Program-made: the position numbers and the translations under genes
Part shown: positions 39,860-55,396 of the stretch, in pieces
Numbering within the stretch: position 1 is the first letter of the stretch
Layout of the letters: the number at the start of each line of letters is the position of its first letter
Notes under the pieces: model-generated
The model's input: the letters and a program-made list of their open reading frames with translations, nothing else
What the model was told of the DNA's origin: nothing
Databases searched by the model: none
Source: Octopus vulgaris
Lineage: Eukaryota
Assembly (NCBI GenBank): GCA_951406725.2
Contig: OX597817.1
Span: 31,620,001 to 31,684,000, forward strand
DNA: 64,000 nt
Direction of reading: 5' to 3'

Positions 39860-40126
39860 GCTTTAGTTAGTTGTTGCGCATGTATATCATTTTTCATGCT
39901 GTCATTTACGTTTGAATGAATTTATGTATATACTCGCGCGTATGTATATATGTGATTACGCTTGTAATCTATTTTGTAGAGAATATCACATATCATATTA
40001 TATATATAATCCCCAACACGACCCACCCGCCACACATACATTTAAACAAAGAACCTAACACGGATTTTGACTGGTATTCACAATATATATGATCATCACA
40101 ACCACAGTGTATAAATAAATGCATAA

Positions 40127-40209
<83 letters not shown>

Positions 40210-40291
40210 TAATTATTGTTAAGTAAAAGAAGCTGTAATTTTTTTTAAATGATAAAAAGAAATGAATTAACCAGAAACGATAATAAAATAT

Positions 40292-40600
<309 letters not shown>

Positions 40601-41183
40601 TATTGAAATAAAATAATAAAAATGACGATAAAGAAACGGGTCGAAATTTTAAATGTGAGTTCCCGGTGGGGGTTTCCAGAACATAAAATGACAAGTGGCT
40701 GACAGCAAAACTGTTTGGAAGTTCCGTTTGAATAATTCATTGTCCCACAGGAGAGATAATGTCATTGACAGCCACTATTATCTTCTATTTGAAATTCATC
40801 ATGGCCCTCTGAAAAGCGTTTTTTTTTTGTTTGTCTCTTTTTACTGGTGAGTTGGCAGATATGTAACATGTGTGTTTGTGAGCGAGTCTTGTATGTCTGT
40901 ATAATGTATATATGTACGGTTTGCAGTGCAATATGGGTCGGTTTGTGCGAGTATGCTTTTGCGTTAGTGTTTTGGCTATGTGTGTATATGGATGCAAAAA
41001 AAAAAAAAAAAATGACGGCTGAGTGTAAGAAAGAGAAGCTGAGACAGATGGATGGAAGAATGAGAAGAGATAGAGGAAATGAGAGCGGCAAATGGATGAA
41101 GTTTGAAAGAGTAAAACTAAGGAAATTTCTTCCAAAATTTTATCATGTGGCCAGCGTATTAAAATACCTTTAAAGGTGAAAAA

Positions 41184-41362
41184 TATAAACAATTATAAAT
41201 AAGAGCAAAAGAAAAAAATTCTATGCCAATATGTTGAGAAATAGACTTTCAGCAGAACGTGTGTTCATAGGGATGTATATTGTGTGTGGTGATTTTAAAG
41301 TCTATTTCTCAGCATATTGATATAGAAATGTTTTCTTTTGCCCTTATTTATAATTGTGTATA
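41184..41362. repeat. Inverted repeat, arms about 66 bp, spacer about 47 bp
   Basis: 41184-41249 versus 41297-41362. Confidence 0.85.
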
Positions 41363-41364
41363 TA

Positions 41365-41406
<42 letters not shown>

Positions 41407-41477
41407 TATATATTGAATCTTCCATGCGTTAACATGTACCTCCATGTTGTAGCAATGTAAACTTTCATTTAATTCTT

Positions 41478-41561
41478 GGCCTGAAGAATAGCCTGCGGTA
41501 TATATCTCGCCTAGATATTTACCATTTCTAAGGTTCCTCTCGCTGTGAAACACGTATAGCC
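41478..41561 (+). ncRNA. Type-I hammerhead-like motif with long stem II loop
   Basis: GGC-CTGAAGA-ATAGC...GCTGT-GAAA-CACGT-ATA-GCC. Confidence 0.5.
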
Positions 41562-41624
41562 CGGATCCTATTTACTCCATTCTGTAACTCTTGTATATAT
41601 GTATGTAACTGCCCGTGGGCAGTT

Positions 41625-41939
<315 letters not shown>

Positions 41940-42610
41940 ATGTGTATATACATACACGCACACACACATATGTCTATAAACATACACATACACATTCTTT
42001 AAATGTAAACATTTTACAATCCTTGATGGTAAGAAGAAAGCTCCTAAAATGGTTGGCAGGAATTCAAAGTTTCGGTATAACGGTTAGCATATCTCTCATG
42101 TTCACAGAAGACGCAGGTTCGCATGACACTGGCGACCTTCAGCTTTTCCTATGCAATTGTTTATTTAACCCAGAATTCTGTGAGGTAGTGTTTTTAGCTT
42201 TATCCACTTTGAGTTCAACTAATCTTTTAAAAATATATATGTGCGTGCATATGCGTGCGTGCGTGTGTGTGTGTGCGTGAATGTGCATAATTTATAAACA
42301 ATAACATCGTTTGTTAGATGGTTGCAGGTCTCCATCAGGCGAACCATCAATTCACTGCACTTATGGATGCGAGAAGAGTGATAAAAAAGTATCTAACTCG
42401 ATGCAAACCAAACATCTCAAGAGACTACGTCCGCTAATATTTTTTTACTTTTCTTCCTTATTTCAAATTTTTTGACGGCATACATCGGTTAAAGATTTGT
42501 ACAGTTGGGATCAAACTGGGATCCACCTGGTTTCGAAACGATCTTCTGTACCACACAACCGCTCCTTCATTTGTACACCCCAAACAGGCATACGCATATA
42601 CATACTAATA

Positions 42611-42668
<58 letters not shown>

Positions 42669-42930
42669 CACACACACACACACATTTACGGGTGGGTGAG
42701 ATTATGTGAATTATGACAGCGAAATTATACACCAGGCAACAAAGTACGTCCTTACACATTAAAAACTCAGCCATAGCTGATCATTTCCAGCTAGATTGCG
42801 AAACCATATTTTTTATGAGGTTTCTCGCTTCCCTGAATACACCAAATCCCCAAACGGCCACTGCGAGAGCCGTAACAGTATCTATATTAAAAAATATAGG
42901 TTCTAGAATTTTCCTTACCGTTGTTGTTGC

Positions 42931-43001
<71 letters not shown>

Positions 43002-43754
43002 CGTTATGTAGTTTCAAATAGTCAAAGTATTCCTTGTCTTAAGAGATGATGGATGGGTAGCTAAATACGTACGTTCGTTAATGTCTTCCGTTTATACGTT
43101 TCTCCACCACTTTTTTCTCGTCATATCCCTTCGTCGCATTAACTGAAATATAATAACAATTATAATGATAACAATAACAACAACATCAACAAAAGTATTA
43201 AAAAAAAAAGAAAACGAACAACAGCAATAAAGACATTTTTATATCTGCTTTGGGGTTTATCTGAAGATTATTTCCTACTTGTATTATTCACAATTTTAAA
43301 TTATGAGCTAACGTAGAAAGCGGCTAATCTCGTCAAAATGTTCGTTCTAAAAGATGGCTTCTTAAACATTCAGCAAAACATTTAATTCAACCAACTCCCC
43401 TTCACTCCATCACCTCTCATTTTCAGTCACCATTACAAAGCAATGTCTATCTAGGGATACCGTATATGATATTTAAAGAGAATTGCTTATGTCTGTTTTG
43501 CAGATTACAGTTTCAATAAGCCAACGAAGCTTCTTTGGCTCCACTATAATAGAAATATAATAGAAACTCATCTGAAACATTTTGACATTGACTAACTGCA
43601 ATTTTACTCTTTTCTTTTTTTCCTATTTTTTAAAGGAAGGGATATTTGCTTTGCAAATATAAAATCATAATACATATACATTCATGTCTATGTATATACT
43701 GTTGTTACATATACATGCACACATATATACGTATTGTTCTTTTTCTACTTTAGG

Positions 43755-44318
43755 CACAAGGCCTAAAATTTGGGGGGAGGGGGCCAGTCGATTAGCTCGA
43801 ACTCAGTACACAACTAGTACTTAATTTATCGACCCCGAAAAGATGAAAAGCAAAGTCGACCTCGGCGGAATTAGATCTCAGAACATAAAGACAGACGAAA
43901 TACCACTATGCATTTCGTCCGGCGCGCTAACATTTCTTATTTCTTTTTTGCCCACAAATGGCTAAACATAGAGGGGACAAACAAGGACAGACAAACGGAC
44001 TAAGTCGATTATATAGACCCCAGTGCGTAACTGGTACTTATCTAATCGACCCCGAAAGGATGAAAGGCAAAGTCGACCTTGGCAGGATTTGAACTCAGAA
44101 CGTAACGGCAGGCGAAATATCTATTTCTTTACTACCCACAAGGGGCTAAACACAGAGGAGACAAGCAAGGACAGACAAACGGATTAAGTCGATTACATCG
44201 ACCCCGTAAGGATGAAAGGCAAAGTCGACCTCGACGGAATTTGAACTCAGAACGTAACGGCAGACGAAATACGGCTAAGCATTTCGCCCGGCGTGCTAAC
44301 GCTTCTGCCAGCTCGCCG
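43755..44318 (-). mobile_element. SINE family B, tandem cluster (3 bodies)
   Basis: Repeated CGACCCCGAAAGGATGAAAGGCAAAGTCGACC, with a junction GAAATAT|CTATTTCTTT at about 44120. Confidence 0.88.
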
Positions 44319-46115
44319 CATTTATGTATACGCATTATTGCTTAGTGTCAGGTCAGCTATGATACAGGAAGCCTATGCTTAAACGTTTTCAAACCATCTT
44401 ATATTAAAAAATAATGTATCAAGGAGATTTAGTTACTACTTTTACAGCTCATGTAGATGGTCCCTCATTGGAGAATATATATGTGTACTGGATATATATA
44501 TATATTTGCGATCAAACATGTCCGTTGATTGTACAGTGTGACTTTCCAGATACGTGCGCGCACACGTGCTTGCACATTTCGACAAGAAAATAGTGCAACG
44601 TACGATATCAACAAGAAGTTGAAAAGTGTAAGGTTTTGCTTAGCAGGGAAAAGAATGACCCTGATGCATTCCCTCCTTCCAGATATTTATCCGTACTCCA
44701 AAATCGGAAATTTTCAAGCCTTGCTTCCATAAATGCAAATGCATTAAAAAAAAACGGATTTTGGTCGAATTCGACCGAGTAACGCAAAATGGCGATTACT
44801 TCACATGAGACTTATTCTCTTCCTATACCCTGATATTTCTTTATTTATCTTTAATTGCCCAGTACTTTTCTCTCTCTCACTCTCTCTCTTTCTCTCTTCG
44901 TTTCTGTCTGCCTCTCTCTGAACCTCTCACACGCAGACTCTCATCCACCCCTCTCTCACTCTCACTCTCTTTCATCCTTTCCTCATCTAATTCACGTATG
45001 CTTATATGGAATAAACCTGCATAACTTTTCCTCCTCTCTTCACATTTCAGTATAAATAAACCAAGGGAAATAACTGGAAACGATTCGCCAAATTAAGTTT
45101 TGCTTAATTCATGATTTTCGTTTGTTTCCATTACCGACTTTCCTGAAATTAGTTTATTTTGCCATTGTCTTTCTATATTATAGTTAAGTATATATTACAT
45201 ATTATAATATCACATAATATAATTTTATTGTACACTACAAAATGTAATATAATAGCAGGTCGGATAACATGCTTAGCGACATTTCTTCCAGCTCTTTACG
45301 TTCTGAGTTCAAATTCTGCTGAGTTCGACATTACTTTTTAAACATTTCGGAGTCGATAAAATGAATTCGACTAAAGCTCTCCCGCTAAAATTTGTGATTT
45401 TCTGTCATATGAAACCATTATATAGTATACAATATTACTGGTACAAATAAACAATTTATTTGTTTTTTAAAAGGCTTTCATGATTCTTCCAAAATAATAA
45501 AATTGCTATTATTAACACCGGTTGTAAGGCGGCGAGCTGGCAGAATCGTTAGCACACTGGGCAAATTATTTCGCAGCATTTCGTATGTCATTACGTTTTG
45601 AGTTCAAATTACCGCTCATATTTTCGGATGAGCACTGCAGCTGGTATAATCAAGTAATCCCATTGCTTGATGTTGCTGGCCTTGTAACAAGATTCGAAAC
45701 CATTAAATTTGAGCTAAAAACGAAAAGCTGAATGAGCCTGAAAATTTATGAGAAAATCGATGGTATTTTTTTTCAAACATAAAATATGCTTCTTTTTGAT
45801 AATATAAAAAATCAATTTAGTTGTTTTGTGCATCTATTTATTATATAACAATTAATTGATTAAGTGACCCAGCGGACATTGTACCTATGATTATGCTTAG
45901 TATATTATTTATAAGTTTGTTTTTTTTTCATCACTTGGAGTATCTGAACATATGTTCTTTCCATTCATATACACAGAAAGCCATTTCACCGCTGGTTATT
46001 TGTTGAGATGATGGATATCCTCAACGATTAACAACCTCACTTAGATTAACTAAACTTGTACTGTATAAATTTAATTACATCTAATAATTCTCTCTCTCTC
46101 CCCTCTCTCGCCCTC

Positions 46116-46160
<45 letters not shown>

Positions 46161-46172
46161 TATATATATATG

Positions 46173-46234
<62 letters not shown>

Positions 46235-46237
<3 letters not shown>

Positions 46238-46378
46238 TTTACTCTTTTACTTGTTTCAGTCATTTGACTGTGGCCATGCTGGAGCACCGCCTTTAGTCGA
46301 GCAAATCGACCCCGGGACTTATTCTTTGTAAGCCCACTACTTATTCTATCGGTCTCTTTTGCCGAACCGCTAAGTGAC
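46235..46378 (-). mobile_element. SINE family A, 3' fragment
   Basis: Tail and body match family A. Confidence 0.85.
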
Positions 46379-46405
46379 ATATATATATATATATATGTAT
46401 GTATA

Positions 46406-46946
46406 TCTGTTATATAAAATCCGTTCTGTCTATCAGTGTGTGTTCTTCTAGGATCACGGGTATCCTCCATCCGATTGCGCTCAAATTTGACATGTAGATA
46501 CCGACGGTATCAGGGCGTGTATAAGTCTTGAAAAAATTACAAAAATCGATTCCAGGTGAGAATGCGATCGATAAAGCCATGTAAACGTGCATTTGTACGC
46601 GCAAGTACATCAGCTGTAGCGATCGATACTACGCGTACGCAAGAAAAATGCACATGCAGTTTGCACAAAAAAGCCGACTGGCTTGAAATAATGCCACAAA
46701 ATGTAGTATATTTAAAACACCAAAAAAGTAAGATGCAATAGAGATATTTTCTTCAAACTTGGCATGAAAGACTATTTGGTTTCTCAAGAAGTGTTTCTAT
46801 TTGCCTTAACTTCGTTTAACAAAACCAAAAATTTTATTGAAATAAAGGCATGCTTAATTATTTTTTAATGTACAGAAAACACTGATTGCTTTTTATTCAG
46901 CAGATATGATTCACCATCGTCCATTGGAAGGGAGGCGTTTTGCTCG
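46406..46946 (+). mobile_element. Probable non-autonomous Helitron
   Basis: A|TCTGTTATATAAAA..CTGTCT 5' end resembles the 36041 element. The 3' end has a weak hairpin (CGTCC..GGGAGGCG) and CTCG|T. Confidence 0.55.
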
Positions 46947-46977
46947 TATATAAATATATATCCATTTTGCTTTATTA

Positions 46978-47630
46978 TTTTGTTTCAGTCATGTAACTTC
47001 GGCCATGCTCGAGCACTGGCTTTAGGGGTTTTAGTCGAACAAATCGACCCCGGGACTTATCTTTTAAGCCTAGTACTTATTCTGTCAGTCCTCTATGATG
47101 AACCGCTAAGATATGGGGCCTGAACACATCAACATCGGTGTCAAACGGGGATGTTGGCAAAAAAAAAAAGAACAGACACAAAGACACACACATACCCCCC
47201 ACACGCACGCCCCATATATATCTATATATATATATATATATATATAATAGGAAGCTTTATGAAAATAAACAAAAGACGAAGGCAGGTGGAATACAAACAA
47301 ACAATTGTATTAGTATGGCGCTCAGGAATATAAATAAAACAAGTCTTTTACGTTTCGAGCCTACGCTCTTCAACAGAAAGATACACAGAAAGGAAACACA
47401 GAAAGAAACAAGGAGAGAACAAAAATGCGTGCAGAGGCTAGCGAATCAACATGGCGATATATATATATATACACATATATATACGACGGGCCTCTTTCAT
47501 TTTCTCTCTGCCAGATCCACTGACAAGGCTTTGGTCGACCCGAGGCGGTAGTAGAAAACACTTGGCCAAGGTGCTACGCAGTGAGACTAAACCCGGAACC
47601 ATGTGGTTGGGAAGCAAGCTTCTCAACACA
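46978..47630 (-). mobile_element. SINE family A interrupted at its internal (TA)n by a hammerhead element
   Basis: 3' half at 46978-47200 and 5' half at 47480-47630. Confidence 0.82.
47248..47458 (-). mobile_element. Short PLE-like element with a minimal hammerhead (47344-47381)
   Basis: Minus strand TCTTT-CTGTTGA-A-GAGC-GTAG-GCTC-GAAA-C-GTA-AAAGA. Confidence 0.75.
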
Positions 47631-48051
47631 CAGACACACATATTTCCTAGGCTATATCTGCAAACATTCATTTTTGGGTCTCATATACTTTTCGCAACTG
47701 TGTAGTAACCAAATAAATATTTAAATCAAATTCAAATCGCACAAATACACAGAAACTATTCTTATATAAGACATTCTCCGCGCAATCTCGGAAAAATTCG
47801 TCTGCAATGTACGAGAGTGATAAAAAGCACCAATTGCCCTAAACATTATTTATTTGGGAAATAAACTAACAATAAACGGTACCAGTGTATGTACACTCTT
47901 AACAGAACCACCACCCACACATACACATGCACACAGATATACCAAGACGCCATATATAAACAAAAACACAAGTATACAAAGCACAAAAACACACATATAA
48001 ACATCCCTTCATTCATATATATATATATATCTACAAGCATATATAAATGCA

Positions 48052-48089
<38 letters not shown>

Positions 48090-48561
48090 GGCAATGGGGA
48101 GGATGTAGCAAAGACACGATGTCGGTATCTCATGTGTGTACTGGACTGACATCAATGGACTAATGCCAAGGGAATCGCCATCCTCTTCTGGAGCCATTTC
48201 TTAAGATTTTGGTTGTTTATCCTGTCTCTTACCTTCAAGAAACATCTTGGCGTCTCTTCGTCAAATCTTTGCCTCTTTCTGCTTTCCTTTTCTTTTTCAT
48301 TCTCTTTCTCACTTTCTTATACAATTTCTCTGATTTACTTTCTCTATCTCACACTTTCTCTTCTCACAAGATTTTTCTTTCTCTCGCGCCGACAGCTTTG
48401 AGTGTGTGTCTGTGTGTATATACACACACATATATTTGTCTGTCTATGTCTGGCTGTGTATTTATATGTATATAATTATGTATGTATACACGTATACACT
48501 ACATATACATACATATTTTATATGTATACAAAGCTCCCCTCCACATATATATACATATGTA

Positions 48562-48602
<41 letters not shown>

Positions 48603-49233
48603 GTACATATATGTATACATATATATATATATTTATTTATGTGTGTTTATGAGCGTGTGTATTTTGTCTTGGGAGGGTCATTTTTGCCAATAAATACAAA
48701 AATGTACCTACATATATACATATTGTTTATATTTCTTTATCGCGCCAAAACATAATCAGCGCTCTTAACACCCTTCTATTAGAAGTGCGTCGGGTCTGCT
48801 AATGTGTACCTATGTAAGGTAAACATGATTACAAACCCATAAATAAAACAATCAGTCAACCTGAAGACAACACGAAGCAAGTAGAGAGCGAAGAGTGCCT
48901 TAGACGTCAAGAGGTTTCTTAGAGAGAAAGATAAAGAACTGTATACGCGCTCGCGTGTGTGTGTGAGAGAGAGAGAGAATGTGTTCTGATCTCTGTTTAG
49001 GCATCACGATATGAATAACCAGTTGTTAAAACTCAATGTATATACTATGGGGTATTAATGAATGGTGAGAGAATATGACTCACTTCATCACCTTCATTAG
49101 CTACACTTGTTTCTGCAATAAGAAGCAGTGCACTCAGAGCTGAGTGCTTGTGCAACATTCTTTAGCTTCCTCGGAAGCATAGTACAAACAGTTATCTAGC
49201 TAGCTAGCTAGCTATCTGTCAATGTGTATATGC

Positions 49234-49316
<83 letters not shown>

Positions 49317-49332
49317 GAGGAGTGGCTTTATA

Positions 49333-49740
49333 GGCGCAGGAGTGGCTGTGTGATAAGTAGCTTGCTTACCAACCACATGGTTCAAGGTTTAGTCCAACTG
49401 CGGTGTCACACTTGGGAAGTGTCTTCTACTATAGCCTCGGGCCGACCAAAGCCTTTCTGAATGGATTTGGTAGACGGAAACTGAAAGAAGCCCGTCGTAT
49501 ATATGTATATATATATATGTGTGTGTGTGTGTGTTTGCGTGTCTGTATTTGTCCCCCCAACATCGCTTGACAACCGATGCTGGTGTGTTTATGTCCCCGT
49601 AACTTAGCGGTTGGTCCAAAGAGACCGATAGAATAAGTACTAGGCTTACAAAGAATAAGTCCTGGGGTCGATTTACTTGACTAAGGCGGTGCTCCAGCAT
49701 GGCCACAGTCAAATGACTGAAACAAGTAAAGAGTAAGAGT
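49333..49740 (+). mobile_element. SINE family A, full length
   Basis: Complete head, internal microsatellite and tail. Confidence 0.92.
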
Positions 49741-49766
49741 ACATACACACACACATGCACCCCCCC

Positions 49767-49815
<49 letters not shown>

Positions 49816-50417
49816 GAGGGTAAAAGGTTAACAAAAATCAAGGCAGGATGAGTATCTGAAGTCATTGACAAATACGTCTCTCACAATCAAGGTATATGAA
49901 ACAGACTACTGTTCCATATACCTTGAGAGTCTCATTTCTTTTTATACTTGTCTCCCCAACAGTGAACTCATGTTGGCCATTTTTTCATTGGGCTGTCTCC
50001 ACTATCGTGTTATAGCAATAGAAAAATTCGAGCTGATAACACAGGATCAATACAGTTAGTCTTACGAATCTTCTATGAGACCGAAACATTTTAGCGGTTT
50101 AGGATATCTAAGTTGAAAACCGAGACATTCATTTCTTGCCAAATGGTAAAGCATAATGGAAAACATGACCTTCTTTGAAAAGGATGGTGTCTTTAGTGTA
50201 GTGAACATAATTATGTGGCTCATCAGTCTTAGAGAGAACTTTGCATCCCAGTTCAAAAGTGATTCAAGGCTCAAGCGTTTCATGCAAGGCACTTATTATT
50301 CAGGAGACTCCCAAAACCAGAGTTACTTTTGTAATTTCCTGCTGATTAAAAATTTCTTGGAAATGTATATATACTCATGTATTAAGTTGTATTTATCCTG
50401 TTTATTCCGCAAAATGT

Positions 50418-50506
<89 letters not shown>

Positions 50507-50509
<3 letters not shown>

Positions 50510-50690
50510 AGAGTTTACGAAAACAACAAAAGACGAAAACAAGTGGTGTACAAAACAAACAGATGTATTAGTATAACGCTCAGGAATAGAAAAAGTCCTT
50601 TACGTTTCGAGCCTACACTCTTCTACAGAAAGGGACACAGAAAAAACAAGGAGAGAAACAAGGAGAGAAAAAAATGTGTGTTGTGGCTCA
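50507..50690 (-). mobile_element. Short PLE-like element with a minimal hammerhead (50595-50636)
   Basis: Minus strand CCTTT-CTGTAGA-A-GAGT-GTAG-GCTC-GAAA-C-GTA-AAGG, with (TA)n on both sides. Confidence 0.72.
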
Positions 50691-51339
50691 TATATATAGT
50701 GTTGGTGCAGAACTACTGGCTGAAGTTACGCTAAGAGAGTTGTGAAGATTGAAATGGAACAGATGGACGAATTTCCATATTCGATAAAATTTGAGATAGC
50801 TTTAATCATTTTAAGCTTGTCCCACACCATAGTAAAGAAAGAAGAATTATTTGGATGCAAAGCCTATTTAGCGTTATTAAGAAAATACAGAACCGGGGTG
50901 ACCAAATAAATTCACTGATATATGTCGGGATGAGAAGAAGCGCCATCATATGTCCGGACACGAACCACTTCGGTTAAGAGAAGTGATTCAAGAAGTGTAA
51001 CAACATAGTTTTAAACACTGGTTCATTCCAGCTAGTGTAGCTCTAGCTTATTAAACAAGGTCTCCACTAAATACATTACAATCCGGAAAGTATGTCATAT
51101 TTTAGGTGACAGTCCTCAGTTTTAGATTTCTATCTAACAATGATTTGTTTTATAAAACATAATTTGTTTCTTATGTTAGGATGGGGTCTGAAATTTAGAC
51201 ATCAACAGCAGAGAATCGAAACGAGAAAATGTCATTAATTCTCCAAGGACAGACGTTTAGATCGCAACGCTCAAAGATATTTCAAGAGCGCGCTCAGCAT
51301 TCACACAAGTACACGTCATAGATGCGCGTGCACAAACAG

Positions 51340-51468
<129 letters not shown>

Positions 51469-52063
51469 TATATGTATAAAGAAAGAAATAAATAGTTTCT
51501 CCTCTCCGCACACATTTATAGTAGGAAATAGGGAGAGCTATAAAAAGGAAATGAGAGACAGAGAGATAGACAGAGAAAAAGAGAGACAAATATAGAGAGA
51601 AATATTATTGAGACAGATAAACAGAGAGGGGGGGATTGAGAGAGGGAGAAAGAGAAAGTGATCGAGTGAGAGTGAAAAAGAGAGAGGGGGAGAGAGAGAG
51701 AGAGAGAGAAAAATTGAACAAGTGAGATTGAGAGAAAAGATGCCAGACAGAGGGACAGGAAAGCAGAGATAAAATAAAATGAAAATAGTGAGATAGAGAT
51801 ATGAAAGAAGGAGTTATTTGTGAAATGAGATTTCCTAACAGAAATATAGATGTTAGCTTGAAAGATAAGCAACTTAAGATTAATATCTTAGATTTTTAAG
51901 AGGTCAGGAAGGGGAGGTTTTTCTGTTAAACCATCTACAGTTCCTCTGATGCTGCCGATGCTTAGCCCCCAGATCAATTTTTGTTGGACAGACCTGAGAT
52001 TTAAGCTATTTCAGGCATGACCGTCTAATAGTTTTGCATGTCTGGGACTACACTGACCAATAA

Positions 52064-52187
52064 GTCTTACCCTTTCTATGACGGTATTAAGTGTGTCTTA
52101 CCCTTTCTATGACGGTATTAAGTGTGTCTTACCCTTTCTATGACGGTATTAAGTGTGTCTTTCCCTTTCTATGACGGTATTAAGTGT
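52064..52187. repeat. Tandem repeat, 31-bp unit x4
   Basis: GTCTTACCCTTTCTATGACGGTATTAAGTGT x4. Confidence 0.95.
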
Positions 52188-53653
52188 GGGATCTAGGGAA
52201 GACTATTTCTTGTTCTGCCAGCGGCTACGGAGTGACTCTCTCCGTTCTGTGAATTCTGATGTCTCTTGTCTTTGTTGGCATCGTTCGCTGCTGTAGTCGT
52301 TGTCATTGTTTTGCTGTTTAGTCCCAAGTCAGTTCTGACTGATTAAACTTATGATAAGGTCAAATGCATTCCAGCTTTTACCGTCTCGTCTTCTTTAGAG
52401 GTATACATCTGACTACATTATCCAATCTGGTTTTTTTTCCTTCATTTATGAGGTAGCGTGCGATTTGAAGGAGACTTGGCTGCTTTCTCCAGAAGGTCAG
52501 CCTCTCACTAGGAGATTCTCCATTGCTTTCTCTCTGACTTTTTGCTTCTTTCTGTTGTTACTAGTGTTGCTGACGTTCCATTGACGAGTAGTTTCCCTCT
52601 GTGGTTGTAGTTAAAAAGGTTGGATGCAGAACGTGGCTGAATAGCTTGAGGATAAATCTTTATCTCTTTGATAAACTCCACATTAACTTCAAGTATCCTT
52701 TTAACTGAAAGGTCATGGTGGCAGAGGACAAGGAGTGATTGGAGTGGTGATCCTCTCAAGATGGCGGTTTTTGGTGCCTTTGTATGTATATTTGCACTGT
52801 ACTTTGTATTTAACTTGAATGAGGGACGAGGAAAGAGAGATGTAGGTTTTGATTTTTAAAAATAGTGTTAAAGTCAACCAATAAAAGCAAAAATTGTATC
52901 AAAATATATTGAAATTCAAAATTTTAAGACTTTGTTGTACTTTAGATTAATCCAAAAGATTGTTTACAGTTTTGGTTACATATAACGATTTCCGCATAAT
53001 CGTTATATCTCAGATATAAATTCTCAAATGAATATATACTGATTAAAAAGGGATGTATATTCCTATTTTGATTGGAGATATAATATTCGGTTTCCTTGAA
53101 GGCTTCAAGAATTCCTTTTATTTCATATTTCAAAAGCACTTAAAAGAAGCTTTGATGTTACAGAGTTATTTATGATATTGGGTTAAAAAATAAAAATAAA
53201 AACGAGAAAAGAACTTTCCTGTAGGCGGAGTTAGTTCTATAAAGATAAAAGAATCACGTGATGCTTGTAAGCCATCAAAACAATTGCTGTATAATATGAG
53301 CAGAAGAGAGAATTTCAACTGCATTGCTCAATGCACAAAGAAATAAATGCAAGTGTAGGAAGTTCACTCTGGTTATTTCTTCACTTCTTAAAAGCTTCGT
53401 GTCAAAATGAAATAATGAATTATGTGAAAAATACTTTGTTCTAAGTTGCAGAGTTTTGCCAACAGCATACGGAGGGACCAGCTTAGTATTTCTTATGACG
53501 AAATATGGAAGAGGAGAGTGTTCTAAGAAATATACCAAACTTCGTGTTTACATGGGATGTCAGAATGGTTAATAGTTTCAAACTCTCTTTCTCTCTCTTT
53601 ATCTCACTCATTCTCTCTCACAATCACTCTCTCTTGCTCTCTGTTTGTCTCCC

Positions 53654-53762
<109 letters not shown>

Positions 53763-54717
53763 TATTTCAGTCATAGAGGTTCTCTCAGGTGAAAGGCCAA
53801 AATCATTAATAGGAATGAGTATAGCCTACAAAATCTATGTGCTACATGAAATGTAGGTTATGCTCTGACGGAATTTGAATTAAGAAAAGTGTGGCACCAA
53901 GTTAGTTGTTGGTCACACAGAGTGATCCAGAATTATAGGGAAGAAAACTACGGTTGTTTGAACTGTTTGGCGTACATAAATAATTTTCCCAGAAACGTCT
54001 TCAATTTGGGAACGTCAAATACGTAATACACTATAGTATAATGAAATGATGTGATGTAATATAATACAACATAATATAATATAATAAAATATGATATATG
54101 ATATAATATAATATTTTAATTGAGTCAGACGGAACCAATACAGGCTGAAGCTCTAAATTTCATCAAACGCAAAAGCATTTCACTCGCAATTCAATAATCC
54201 TGGTTGTCCAAATTAGATAAATGATCTATACTCTACCTCCAGTATTGAGTACTTTTCTGTTCTTCTTGTTTTACCATTAACACACACACAATTATTGTTA
54301 ACATTGATTCCATTTAGTTGGAGTGGAGGTTCTAATCCACGGCTGATTGATACTTCAGTATTTCGTTGTCGACTTATCTATATTGATCGCAGGTTTGCCT
54401 GTCTGTATTAGTCGCTTACGGGATTCACCCATGACTGGGAGAGTTAACTCTGCTCGTTGGTATATAGGCAGAATTTGAACTCATTGTAAAGAGCCGAAGA
54501 GATACCGAGAAGCATCTTGCCAGATGCCTTAACAACTCTACCAGACCCAGCCCATCACCCTGCACTGGTACTTTATTTGGATAACTTCGAAATGATGAGG
54601 GACAATGATGACCGCCTCAGGATTTGAATTAAAAACATTGGGAGACGAAATGGATACTGCAAGAGCTTCTATTCGACATTAATGACTAATCTTATTGACA
54701 ATCCTTTCTACTATAGG

Positions 54718-54980
54718 TAAATAATAAATAAATGCGCCCTTTTAAAGCCTAGTCAGGTTCATGGGCCCGATTTCTCGGTTTCTATGGTGTATGTGTTCCC
54801 CAGCTTGACAGGACGCCAGTCCATCGCAGCGTTACTCATTTTTGCCAGCTGAGTGGACTGGAGCAACATGAAATGAAGTGTTTTGTTCAAGAACACAACG
54901 CGTCGCCCGGTCCAGGAATCAAAACCACAATCTTACGATCATGATGCTGACACTCTAACCACTAAGCCACGCACCCCCAC
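54718..54980 (-). mobile_element. tRNA-derived SINE (family D-like head) nested in the tail of a family B SINE
   Basis: 12-bp TSD TTCTACTATAGG at 54706-54717 and 54981-54992. Confidence 0.82.
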
Positions 54981-55183
54981 TTCTACTATAGGCACAAGTC
55001 CTGAAATCATAGAGTCGCGTGTAAGTTGATTACAGCAACGCCAATGCTCGACTGGCACTTACTTCATCGACCACGAAAGGATGAAAGGCAAAATCAACTT
55101 CGGTGGAATTTGAGCTAAGAACGTAAAGACGGACGAAATACCGCAAAGCGCCGACGTACTAACGATTCTGCCAGCTCGCCGCC
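54981..55183 (-). mobile_element. SINE family B variant
   Basis: The head, seen as its reverse complement, ends GATTCTGCCAGCTCGCCGCC. Confidence 0.8.
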
Positions 55184-55396
55184 GTTTTGAAAATCAAGAT
55201 AATCATCTGGGTTTTTGCTGATGCATGATACGCAGAAAAATAAATTTACACGGCTGTCGGTATGGTGTTTGTGTAGTTAGGCAGATGGTAATGGTGTCTT
55301 CATATATTTAATGTCTTATCGTTTTATCATTTTTTTTTTCTGTTATCATCTGCTTAATTTCGGTTACATGGTGTGGACTAAATTTTTTCAGTCTCA

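Noticed and set aside
44763-44796. Palindrome GGTCGAATTCGACC with nearby octamer- and YY1-like motifs
   Set aside because: Short motifs only, with no independent support for a promoter.
49098-49170. Further hammerhead-like motif on the minus strand (CTAAAGA...GCA-GAAAC-AAGT-GTA)
   Set aside because: Core G5 is lost and stem I does not close. It may be a decayed copy but cannot be supported.
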